NCBI GenBank assembly: GCA_036383155.1
Contig: DASVOW010000411.1
Span: 1-40,700 of the forward strand
Reading direction: 5' to 3'
Length of the DNA: 40,700 nt
DNA from: Ktedonobacterales bacterium
GTDB taxonomy: Bacteria > Chloroflexota > Ktedonobacteria > Ktedonobacterales > JADMIN01
Positions 25,699 through 33,720 of this stretch are shown piece by piece. The position numbers were made by a program, and so were the translations under genes. The notes under the pieces were generated by a model. The model was not told the DNA's origin. It saw only the letters and a list, made by a program, of their open reading frames with translations, and made no database searches. Numbering within the stretch: position 1 is the stretch's first letter; each line of letters opens with the position of its first letter.

Positions 25699-26739
25699 TC
25701 ATGGCATGGCCCCCATCTCACGCAATAACCGCTGCAGCACAGGTTCGATCTGGCGGTGCAGTGTTTCATTCGCGTATCCCACCCACGCCACCGGGCTGTG
25801 CGTATCGAGTGGCGCGGCGAGTGGCTGCCCACGGGGATCGGTGACGATAACGCCTGCCTCACGAGCTATAAGCTCAGTACAGAGGTCATACGGATGACAC
25901 GCTATCCGGATGACGTGAGACGCATCATGAATCTGGGTGTGAAGCAATGGGCGCAGGTCCGCGAGGAAACGGTCATGGCCCACCATTAGTTCATACAATT
26001 GCCCACCTGAACAGATATACTCGTCGTCGAAGACCTGTGGCGATTCTGTCGGCGGTGGCCCAAGCAATTCGAGAAATAGCTTCTCTTCGAGTTCAGCCGC
26101 AGCCACTTTCGCTCCCGGAAAGAATTTGCTGATCGTGGAGAACCCTCCCACAAGCGTATTCGCTCTACTTGGGCGCGGCTGGAATGGGACAATCTCGCCG
26201 GTGCGCAAATCGTGCGTTTCACCTTGCACCCCCTCACCTCGTGCAGCCCAAACAACATCAGCCAGCGCCGCCCGGACCGTAGGAAGCTCTGCCTGGAGCG
26301 CTACGCCGATGCCGGCGAGTGTTGGATATGCGCCATCACGTGGGGCTGGCGCGACACCAAAGAGCGCCCATGCGCTGCGCTTACCATACATCAAGCCGCG
26401 CGTTCCATCGATCGGGTCCACAATCAACGTAAAAGCTAGCTCGTTTGGATCCGCCCCCTCCGGGAAGATGCGCTGCCCCTCCTCCAGTCCCTCCGCCACC
26501 AGCATGAACGGCAGCTCCGCTCCCCAACGAGCGCAGTAGTCGAGTAGCACACTCTCGCCATGCTCATCCAGGCGATAGATCGTGTCACCACCACGGTCCC
26601 CCACCGCCGACGACAGTTCCTCCACAGTAGCGGCTCGGATGCCATCCAGCACGCCCGCTCGCAATTCCAGCGCGAGCGTCCGCAGGTGACCGGTAAAATA
26701 AGAGGCGTCGCGCGGCGGCTGGGCCTCGTCTCTAATCAT
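25699..26739 (-). CDS. inositol-monophosphatase/FBPase-superfamily phosphatase
   Basis: LIVDPIDGTRGL metal-binding motif, and a C-terminal HPYDLCTELIAREAGVIVTD segment in place of the WDxAAG segment. GAGGAG lies upstream of ATG 26739. The longer track ORF (to 26940) reads through a repeat array. Confidence 0.75.
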   Translation of the reverse strand: MIRDEAQPPRDASYFTGHLRTLALELRAGVLDGIRAATVEELSSAVGDRGGDTIYRLDEHGESVLLDYCARWGAELPFMLVAEGLEEGQRIFPEGADPNELAFTLIVDPIDGTRGLMYGKRSAWALFGVAPAPRDGAYPTLAGIGVALQAELPTVRAALADVVWAARGEGVQGETHDLRTGEIVPFQPRPSRANTLVGGFSTISKFFPGAKVAAAELEEKLFLELLGPPPTESPQVFDDEYICSGGQLYELMVGHDRFLADLRPLLHTQIHDASHVIRIACHPYDLCTELIAREAGVIVTDPRGQPLAAPLDTHSPVAWVGYANETLHRQIEPVLQRLLREMGAMP

Positions 26740-26814
26740 GCGCTCCTCGCTTACCCCTTGCCCTTCATACCGACTATCGCATGCTATGCTAACACAGATT
26801 ACCTCACGGACGCG

Positions 26815-26853
26815 GGCACATGTGCAAGGCACACGTGGAAGGCATGTGTGCAG
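26815..26853. repeat. three imperfect 13-bp tandem repeats with CAYGTG cores upstream of the phosphatase gene
   Basis: GGCACATGTGCAA (26815..26827), GGCACACGTGGAA (26828..26840), GGCATGTGTGCAG (26841..26853). They lie 76-114 nt upstream of ATG 26739. Confidence 0.85.
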
Positions 26854-26994
26854 GTGCGGTAAGCGGGCATAGGCATCCATCCCGTGCAGACCGGCGCGCC
26901 CACCCTCGTCATCGCCGATTAGTTCACCTCTCCGTTCCAAAGCCAGCCAGGGCTACTCGGCGACGCCACACTAACTGAAGCGTAGCACGTACTC

Positions 26995-29010
26995 TCAGCG
27001 ATAAGCTTCAGCTTGCAAGTTGAAGAGCTCGGCGTAGCGCCCGTCAAGAGCGATCAAGTCATCGTGGCTACCTTCTTCGAGCACTTGGCCCTGCTCCAAC
27101 ACGATGATGCGATTTGCCAGCCGTACCGTGCTGAAGCGATGCGAGATGAAGATAGCCGACTTGCCCGTGGTCAGCTCACGAAAGCGCGCAAAGACCTCAT
27201 ATTCCGCCTGCGGATCGAGCGAGCTGGTTGGCTCGTCCAGAATCAGGATCTGAGCATCACGCATGAATGCGCGAGCCAGCGCGATCTTTTGCCATTCACC
27301 GCCGGAGAGTTGCTGTCCCTGATCGAACCACTTGCCGAGCATGCTGTCGTACTCATCAGGCAGCTTGGCGATCACCCCATCCGCGCCACTCTTCGCCGCC
27401 GCAACCTGAATCCCATCTCGATCGTCGATTGCCTCGATCCTACCCACGCCGATATTGCGTGCCGCAGTGAGCCAGTAGGTGACATAATCTTGAAAAATTA
27501 CACCGACCTGTGCGCGCAGTGCCTCAAGGTCATACTCCTTGATATCTTGCCCGTTAATCAGGATCTGCCCTTCATCAGGATCGTAGAGCCGTGTGAGCAG
27601 CTTGACGACGGTTGTCTTGCCGGCACCATTGCGCCCAACAAGCGCAACCGCCTCCCCGGCGTGAATCGTGAAGCTGACATCGTGAAGTGCCTGGCCGTGT
27701 GCCTCCCGGCCCGGATAACTAAAGCTCACATGACGAAACTCGACGGTCAGCCCTGTGCCCTCCGGCTTCAGGCCATTCGCGGGACTGCTAATGCGCGGCT
27801 TATACGCCAGGAAGTCAAAGAGTGTATTGACAAAGAGATTGTTCTCGTAGGTCGACGAGATACCGCTGAGCAACGACTCGAAGCTGGAGCCGAGCGAGAG
27901 TGCCGCCTGTGTGTAAAGCGTAAGCTCAAGAATAGTAATCTGCCCTCGCACCGCCTGCAGAGCAATGTAAAGATAGATCAACCCGTCCACTATCAGGCTA
28001 CCAAGCCCCCAGCTGAAGGACGCCAGATACCGCGGGACAATGATGCCACGCGCTTGCGCGTAAAACTGATTGGCGAGCTTGCGATACAGCGAAATGAAGA
28101 AACCGCCCAGTGTGAAGAGCTTAATCTCTTTGTTGTAGGTATCAGTCGTAAGCAAGTTAGTATAGTAGCTCATCTCGCGGCGCAGCGGCGACTGCCTGCG
28201 CATGAGCTGATAGCCCCACCAGCCGTAGCGCATGTTCGCGAAAAACGAGGGAATAGGCGCGAGCAGTGCCAGCAGCGCAATCCACCAGGCAAGATGTGTC
28301 AGGATGGCCAGCATAGACAAGAATGTGATGATCGTCCGCCCAAGGCCAAAGGTCTGCGAGATCATGCTGAGCGGCCGTGACGACGCCTCGCGTTGTGCCT
28401 GCTGCAACTGATCGTAGAAGGCCGCATCCTCGAAGAAGGTCAGATCGAGCGTGTTGGCTTTCTCCATCACCTGGAGCTGCACCGCATACGACATCTTCTC
28501 TTGGAGGAGTTGCTGCACAATATTGGACGCAGTGCTAAGCAGGCTGCCCAGTCCTTGCACACCAAACTGCGCCACCACGAGCCAAATCACAAATGTGGTG
28601 CTACCGGCTCCGCCGTGCGCTGCGATAGCATGGATCACTCCGCTTAACAGAGCCGCATTGATATACGCCGTAAGCGCGGGCATGAAGCCCTGCAAGATAT
28701 AGAGCACACCCAGCAGCAGTGTGAAGGCCGGCTGCACCCGCCAGACCAATCCAACCACACGCGGCAGGCTCTTAAAGGCCGAGACAATCTTGTCGGGCGT
28801 GAGCCGCGCCCGCTCCCAGCGTGGATCCTCTGGTGAAGCGCCCGGCTTGCCGCTGGCACCGCCACTTGAACCTTTCTCTGTTTTCGGTGCAGCGCCGCCG
28901 CCCCTCACCCCAGCTCGACGACCCGTCTCTTCGGCTGTAGAGCTGGCTGCCCCGTAGTCTGCTATTCGCGGCGGCTTCGCGCCGTTTGATGAAGTCGTTT
29001 GTCGCTGCAT
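26995..29010 (-). CDS. ABC exporter, fused permease/ATPase (MsbA-type half transporter)
   Basis: Six hydrophobic helices followed by an NBD with Walker A GRNGAGKTT, signature LSGGEWQKIALARA and Walker B ILILDEPTS. The first ~70 aa are Gly/Ala/Ser/Pro-rich and low in complexity. Confidence 0.9.
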   Translation of the reverse strand: MQRQTTSSNGAKPPRIADYGAASSTAEETGRRAGVRGGGAAPKTEKGSSGGASGKPGASPEDPRWERARLTPDKIVSAFKSLPRVVGLVWRVQPAFTLLLGVLYILQGFMPALTAYINAALLSGVIHAIAAHGGAGSTTFVIWLVVAQFGVQGLGSLLSTASNIVQQLLQEKMSYAVQLQVMEKANTLDLTFFEDAAFYDQLQQAQREASSRPLSMISQTFGLGRTIITFLSMLAILTHLAWWIALLALLAPIPSFFANMRYGWWGYQLMRRQSPLRREMSYYTNLLTTDTYNKEIKLFTLGGFFISLYRKLANQFYAQARGIIVPRYLASFSWGLGSLIVDGLIYLYIALQAVRGQITILELTLYTQAALSLGSSFESLLSGISSTYENNLFVNTLFDFLAYKPRISSPANGLKPEGTGLTVEFRHVSFSYPGREAHGQALHDVSFTIHAGEAVALVGRNGAGKTTVVKLLTRLYDPDEGQILINGQDIKEYDLEALRAQVGVIFQDYVTYWLTAARNIGVGRIEAIDDRDGIQVAAAKSGADGVIAKLPDEYDSMLGKWFDQGQQLSGGEWQKIALARAFMRDAQILILDEPTSSLDPQAEYEVFARFRELTTGKSAIFISHRFSTVRLANRIIVLEQGQVLEEGSHDDLIALDGRYAELFNLQAEAYR

Positions 29011-29383
29011 GAGTGATGCCCCTAACCTCTGGATTGCTATGGAGTATGCGCCAGTCTCCGGTCAGGGCGCATCACCGGAATGGAGGAGGCGAACCTGGAA
29101 AGACGGCTAGGCGAGGAATGCGTCACCTGATCACACTAGCCTCGCCCAACACACCCGCCTTGTATTATGGCAGATAGATCCTGACACGTAATGACAGCTT
29201 TCCAGGTACCCTTCTTGCGGATTCCTCTGTAGATTCGCGGACGCGCTCCACGTAGCCATCTCAGCGGTTCCGACACGAATACAGGCACTCATCGGTGCGC
29301 TGCCAAGATCGGTGGTGGCAACTCTGACGCCAGAGTTACGACGAGTCTGAACAGTAGACACAACTTGGAAGCTGCGTGATAGA

Positions 29384-30217
29384 ATGAAAGCACTTGCACA
29401 AGCAGCAACTATGCATACATATTCGAGTAGCGGATGCCGTTGGTGTCAGTGCCCTCCCATCGAGTCCGGTTTCCATGCCGGCCAGCTACCGGAATTAGAA
29501 AGGCCAGCAGAGGTGAAGAGGCTTCGCCGGTTCTTCCTTCCCTTCCTCGCCGTGGTGCTTATGTTTCTGGCCTCGTGCGGCACTGTCAGTGAGACCTCGG
29601 TAGCCACTGGTTTCCCATCCAATGCGAACCATCCCAAGCCCGTCGAGAAAACGTTCCTCGGGTGTCCTCCCCAGGGAGACGGCGGCGACTCACAGCTCAA
29701 CATCCTAAAGAACCGGATCGATGATGGTGAAGGCGGCGCCTACCACGATGTCGCGCTCTCTACGCTTATCTCGCTGCCCTGGCCGCAGGATGTGGGGAAG
29801 GTAAGGCGCGACAACTGGTCATCGTCGGACGTCTCCGCGGTATCCCAGTACGAGGGTGTAGCCGTGCGGACAGTCGGCTATCTCGTCGATGTGAAACACG
29901 AAGGCACCGAAACGCCGAACTGCCATGACGTCGATCACCGCGACTTCCACGTCTGGATCGTGCCTGACCAGGGGGAAGGCAAAGCCAGCGCCATGGTGGT
30001 TGAGGTCGCGCCGCGCGTGCGCGATCAGCGGCCCGGCTGGACTGATTCCGCTCTCAGCAGTCTACGTGGTCAGAAAGTGCGCATCAGCGGCTGGCTCATG
30101 CTCGACCAGGAACATCCAGAGCAGCTAAGCCAGACACGAGCCACGCTCTACGAGATCCACCCGATAATACACATCGAGGTCTCTCAGGGCAGCGGCTGGA
30201 CCAGTATCGACTCGTGA
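29384..30217 (+). CDS. putative lipoprotein, uncharacterised
   Basis: Lipobox-like FLASCG follows a basic/hydrophobic signal (KRLRRFFLPFLAVVLMFLASCG). The mature part has LNILKNRIDD, EGTETPNCHDVDHRDFHVWIV and RISGWLMLDQEHPEQ. ATG 29384 sits inside an extended -10-like TGATAGAAT (29377..29385), so GTG 29513 (GAAAGG 8 nt upstream) is the more likely start. Confidence 0.5.
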   Translation: MKALAQAATMHTYSSSGCRWCQCPPIESGFHAGQLPELERPAEVKRLRRFFLPFLAVVLMFLASCGTVSETSVATGFPSNANHPKPVEKTFLGCPPQGDGGDSQLNILKNRIDDGEGGAYHDVALSTLISLPWPQDVGKVRRDNWSSSDVSAVSQYEGVAVRTVGYLVDVKHEGTETPNCHDVDHRDFHVWIVPDQGEGKASAMVVEVAPRVRDQRPGWTDSALSSLRGQKVRISGWLMLDQEHPEQLSQTRATLYEIHPIIHIEVSQGSGWTSIDS

Positions 30218-30252
30218 AGAGCAAGTCGTGACGTCTGCTCACGAAAGCGAGG

Positions 30253-30459
30253 ATGCCGGACATGAGAAAAGGCATTACCTTACAAGTGAAGGTATACATT
30301 GAAGGCGACGACGAGCCTGCCAACGATTTCTCGAAAGTCGCGCAGGACCTCCTCGCCAAAGTCCTTGATGCGGGCATCAAAAGCGCCGCTGGTCCTTACA
30401 AGATCACGCTGGAGAAGATGGAAGCCCTCGAAGGATCTGACGCTTCCGACGAGGGCTGA
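30253..30459 (+). CDS. small acidic protein, uncharacterised
   Basis: 65-68 aa and net acidic (EGDDEPANDF, EALEGSDASDEG). GCGAGG lies 9 nt upstream of the second ATG (30262). It starts 35 nt after the lipoprotein gene. Confidence 0.4.
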   Translation: MPDMRKGITLQVKVYIEGDDEPANDFSKVAQDLLAKVLDAGIKSAAGPYKITLEKMEALEGSDASDEG

Positions 30460-30529
30460 ATATCCACAGCTCTCCGTACAGAAAGACAGTCAACGTCTAT
30501 GGAGACACTTCGCGAAGGTATGCCATTCC

Positions 30530-30829
30530 TTGTGGGTCTGGTCGTACCCCGTTCGTTATGTTGACACCCGTGCGGCGTGGTCGAGCCAGCGCAAGTTCGC
30601 AGCGTCGTTTGCGCCAGCAGTCGTCCTGGGATTCCTCGTCAGCCTCTTCATGGGTGAGCTTTTCCTCGATCTCCCTGAAGCGGTCATGTCAGTGGTGATC
30701 GACACCAGCCTCATCTACATGGCGTCCCAGCTTGCCTACCGCATTGGGTGGAAGCCCCTGCTGGAGGCCCGCGTGCAGGCTCTCCAGAGCCGCCGCGCAG
30801 CCGCCGCGCCCTCCGAGCGCACAGCATAG
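30530..30829 (+). CDS. possible small membrane protein (start uncertain)
   Basis: The frame of track ORF 30299..30829 shows strong G/C bias at the third codon position from ~30500 on. It encodes two hydrophobic helices (FAPAVVLGFLVSLFMGELFL, VMSVVIDTSLIYMASQLAY). The only plausible in-frame start before the first helix is TTG 30530. A 21-codon ORF from ATG 30499 in another frame leaves open a frameshifted gene. Confidence 0.35.
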   Translation: MWVWSYPVRYVDTRAAWSSQRKFAASFAPAVVLGFLVSLFMGELFLDLPEAVMSVVIDTSLIYMASQLAYRIGWKPLLEARVQALQSRRAAAAPSERTA

Positions 30830-30958
30830 CTTCCTTCGGCCCTTGCAGCCTCATTGACGATGCCCTGCCCACGAGTGTCCAGCGTGCAAGGCATCATCGT
30901 TCCTGCCAACGTTCCGTCACGCACACTACGGCATGCTCTCATCATCGAATGCAACCGC

Positions 30959-32302
30959 TTACTGTGGGAACGCAGCCTCTGTGCGGAGCCAGGGCCACCA
31001 TGCGATCAGCAACCCGCAGGCCACTACACCCAGCCATGCCCCCAAGCCAAACGTTGCGGATGGGCCAAACTGCGACCACAGCCAGCCACCTGCGATATTT
31101 GCGGGAAGGGCTGCGATGCCCGTCAAGCCATTGAACCAGCCCAAGGCAGAGCCGCGGCGCGCGCCGGGGACGAGATCGGCGACAAAGGCACGAGCAACGC
31201 CCTCCGTAGCGGCATAGTAGACACCGTACACGAGGAAGAGTGCCCATGCCTGCCATCCTGCGTGCGCCTGGGTCCAGCCGAGGTAGACCAGAGCAAATGC
31301 GGCATAGCCTGCGGTGAGCACGGGGAGCCTCCCAAAGCGATCGGAGAGCGAGCCGAGCGGTGTAGCGAGCAGCGCATAGACCATATTAAAGGCGAAGTAC
31401 AGCGCGGGAACGGCGATCAACGACGCCTCCAGTCCCTCGCTACGCAGGAACAAGAACGCATCCGACGAGTTGCCAAAGGCAAAGATAACCGCTGCCGCCG
31501 TAAACAGCCAGAACTTGGCTCCAAGTCTCTGCCACGAATGAGCGGAGACGTCGCCATGCCCTGACACCTCAGTCTTCGTCTGAGATCCCCGCCTTGGATC
31601 GCGCAGAAAGAACGCAGCCACCACAATAGCAACCAACCCAGGAGCAAGCGTCCATGCGAAGACGGCGCGCAGGTTGCCGCCCGTCGCGGCGAGGATTGCC
31701 AGTGCCAGGAGTGGACCAATTGCAGCACCAAGCGTGTCGGCGCTGCGATGAAAACCAAACGCTTTCCCGCGCTGTGATGGTAACACGGAATCAGCCAGCA
31801 TTGCGTCGCGTGGGCTGCTCCGAATCGCTTTGCCGCTGCGGTCAAGCAGAATCAGACCAAGCGCAATAGGCCAGTTCGTCACCAGCGCCAGCAATGGCTT
31901 CGTCAGATTGGAGAACGCATATCCAGAAGTGATGAGCGCACGCCGCGAAGAGACACGGTCTGCCATGCGTCCAGAAGCGATCTTCAGCAGACTGGCGGCC
32001 CCCTCAGCCAGCCCCTCGATCAGGCCGGCGAGGGTAAGTGGTGTCCCCAACACCTGGACAAGAAAGAGCAGGCGTAGCGGGACAATCATTTCACTCGACA
32101 TGTCTGTAAAGAGAGCAATCACACCCAGCACAATGACTATCCGCGTAATACCGGCCGTAGTGCCCGCCAGCCAGCCACGCCGCGGCGAACCAGCCAGCTG
32201 CGGGAGCTGTTCGTCCGTGCCGCTCCCTGCTACCTGTGGTGTAGCAGCATCTCGTTTACTGGGGCTAGATCTGCGATTGCTCTCAGTCGACTTCATCGTC
32301 AT
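30959..32302 (-). CDS. MFS transporter
   Basis: 447 aa with 12 hydrophobic segments, GRMADRVSSRRALI and DRSGKAIRSSPRDAM loops. ATG 32302 overlaps the end of the upstream gene by 20 nt. Confidence 0.85.
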   Translation of the reverse strand: MTMKSTESNRRSSPSKRDAATPQVAGSGTDEQLPQLAGSPRRGWLAGTTAGITRIVIVLGVIALFTDMSSEMIVPLRLLFLVQVLGTPLTLAGLIEGLAEGAASLLKIASGRMADRVSSRRALITSGYAFSNLTKPLLALVTNWPIALGLILLDRSGKAIRSSPRDAMLADSVLPSQRGKAFGFHRSADTLGAAIGPLLALAILAATGGNLRAVFAWTLAPGLVAIVVAAFFLRDPRRGSQTKTEVSGHGDVSAHSWQRLGAKFWLFTAAAVIFAFGNSSDAFLFLRSEGLEASLIAVPALYFAFNMVYALLATPLGSLSDRFGRLPVLTAGYAAFALVYLGWTQAHAGWQAWALFLVYGVYYAATEGVARAFVADLVPGARRGSALGWFNGLTGIAALPANIAGGWLWSQFGPSATFGLGAWLGVVACGLLIAWWPWLRTEAAFPQ

Positions 32303-33707
32303 CTGGTCCCCAGTAGAGCGCGTCTAGGCCGCCGTCAGACGTAAATCGCTGGAGTACGCGATGATCGAAGTCTGCAACATAGAGATCACCACTATTGTCG
32401 CGGGCCATCCCCCCCACTTGCCCAAACTGGCCGGGCCATATGCCACGCGAGCCAATGTGTCCGCATGCCCTGCCAACGCCTGTGACGCCTGTGCAATAGA
32501 CATCCACGCGATGCGCCGCCAGATTGGTCACGAGAACGCGACCGCCAGTGGTCGCTAGAATCCCCTGATACGGCCGCCCAAGCAAGCCAGTAGGGGTCGG
32601 AAGCGGCCACGATCCAATCACGCCTCCTCCTGGATCAACCTGGTAGACACGCGTCAACGCCAGTGCATAGACCGTATTTCCGCCAGGCAAGACGCTGATA
32701 CCTCCGACAATCGCTTCGGGTACCGCCCAGTGTGCCAGCACATGCCCATGCGCATCGAGACGCAGAATCACCCCACGCTCATCGCTCAGGTACAACGCAT
32801 CGTCAGTGCCAGTGGTGATACAGCCCAGGGATGGATGGTAGTCTTGCGGCAACGACCATCGTGCCATGAGTTGCCCATTAGGAGCGAAGCGCAGCATGCG
32901 GCTGTGCATCCAGTCAGGCACATACAGATTGTCGTGACTGTCGAGCGCCATCCCGCAGAACCAAAAGTCGTCGGTGCCCGGTGCCCACGGCCGCAATGAG
33001 CCAGAGACACTGGTTGAGCCCGATGATGCGCGAGGCACACCCAGCCGCTCTGGATCATTGTATGGCCCCGGCTGGCTGAAGCCCGGACCAGGTGGTCCCT
33101 GCCGGCTGGCAAGACCAGGGCGCAACTTGGCGCGCAGTGAGCCGCCAGAACCGAAAACACGGATCACAGGAGACGCAGCATCGGTGACATAGATCGTGCC
33201 GCGAGTGTCCACCGCCACATAGTACGGCTGGAAGTTGACCGGCTGCAAAGGGCTGCTGGTCCATGCAACCAGCCCGAGCCCGGCCATTGAGGGCAGCGCA
33301 ACTGCCAGCAGTGTGCGCCGTTGCCAGTCACTCGAGAGCACAAGCCAGAGCCAAATCGCCGCAACCAGCACAATAGGCAAGCCGCGCAGGCCCCACGTAA
33401 AGCCGGTTGGCTGAATTATGGGTGCTACCTGACTCAGACTACACCAGACGATGATCCCCCAGAGGAACAGCGCGCCTCCTGCCGCAAGTCCCCACCCTAT
33501 CCAGCCCATTCGAAGGGGGTGCACAAACGGCCACGACAACATCACACCACCAGCGGCCACTCCGCCGAGTGCCAGCAACGGTTGTGGACGGAAGGCCACC
33601 AATGGAGGCATCAGTAGGCAACACAAAGCGGCGCCCGCGATTAGCGCGAGCGCCCATACACGCACTGCTCCATTACTGGCGAGAGCGAAACGAGGCACCT
33701 GAAGCAT
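32283..33707 (-). CDS. polytopic membrane protein with a C-terminal NHL-repeat beta-propeller
   Basis: ~5 N-terminal hydrophobic helices, then repeated NHL-type blades: IYVTDAASPVIRVF, LYVPDWMHSRMLRFAPNGQL, LYLSDERGVILRLDAHGHVL, VLVTNLAAHRVDVY, LYVADFDHRVLQRFTSDG. Confidence 0.75.
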   Translation of the reverse strand: MLQVPRFALASNGAVRVWALALIAGAALCCLLMPPLVAFRPQPLLALGGVAAGGVMLSWPFVHPLRMGWIGWGLAAGGALFLWGIIVWCSLSQVAPIIQPTGFTWGLRGLPIVLVAAIWLWLVLSSDWQRRTLLAVALPSMAGLGLVAWTSSPLQPVNFQPYYVAVDTRGTIYVTDAASPVIRVFGSGGSLRAKLRPGLASRQGPPGPGFSQPGPYNDPERLGVPRASSGSTSVSGSLRPWAPGTDDFWFCGMALDSHDNLYVPDWMHSRMLRFAPNGQLMARWSLPQDYHPSLGCITTGTDDALYLSDERGVILRLDAHGHVLAHWAVPEAIVGGISVLPGGNTVYALALTRVYQVDPGGGVIGSWPLPTPTGLLGRPYQGILATTGGRVLVTNLAAHRVDVYCTGVTGVGRACGHIGSRGIWPGQFGQVGGMARDNSGDLYVADFDHRVLQRFTSDGGLDALYWGPDDDEVD

Positions 33708-33720
33708 CCTGTCTATGTCG

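Noticed and set aside
27013-28380. 455-aa ORF on the plus strand
   Set aside because: It is entirely antisense to the well-supported ABC exporter gene. The translation is Arg/His/Gln-rich with no motif, the usual shadow ORF of GC-rich coding DNA.
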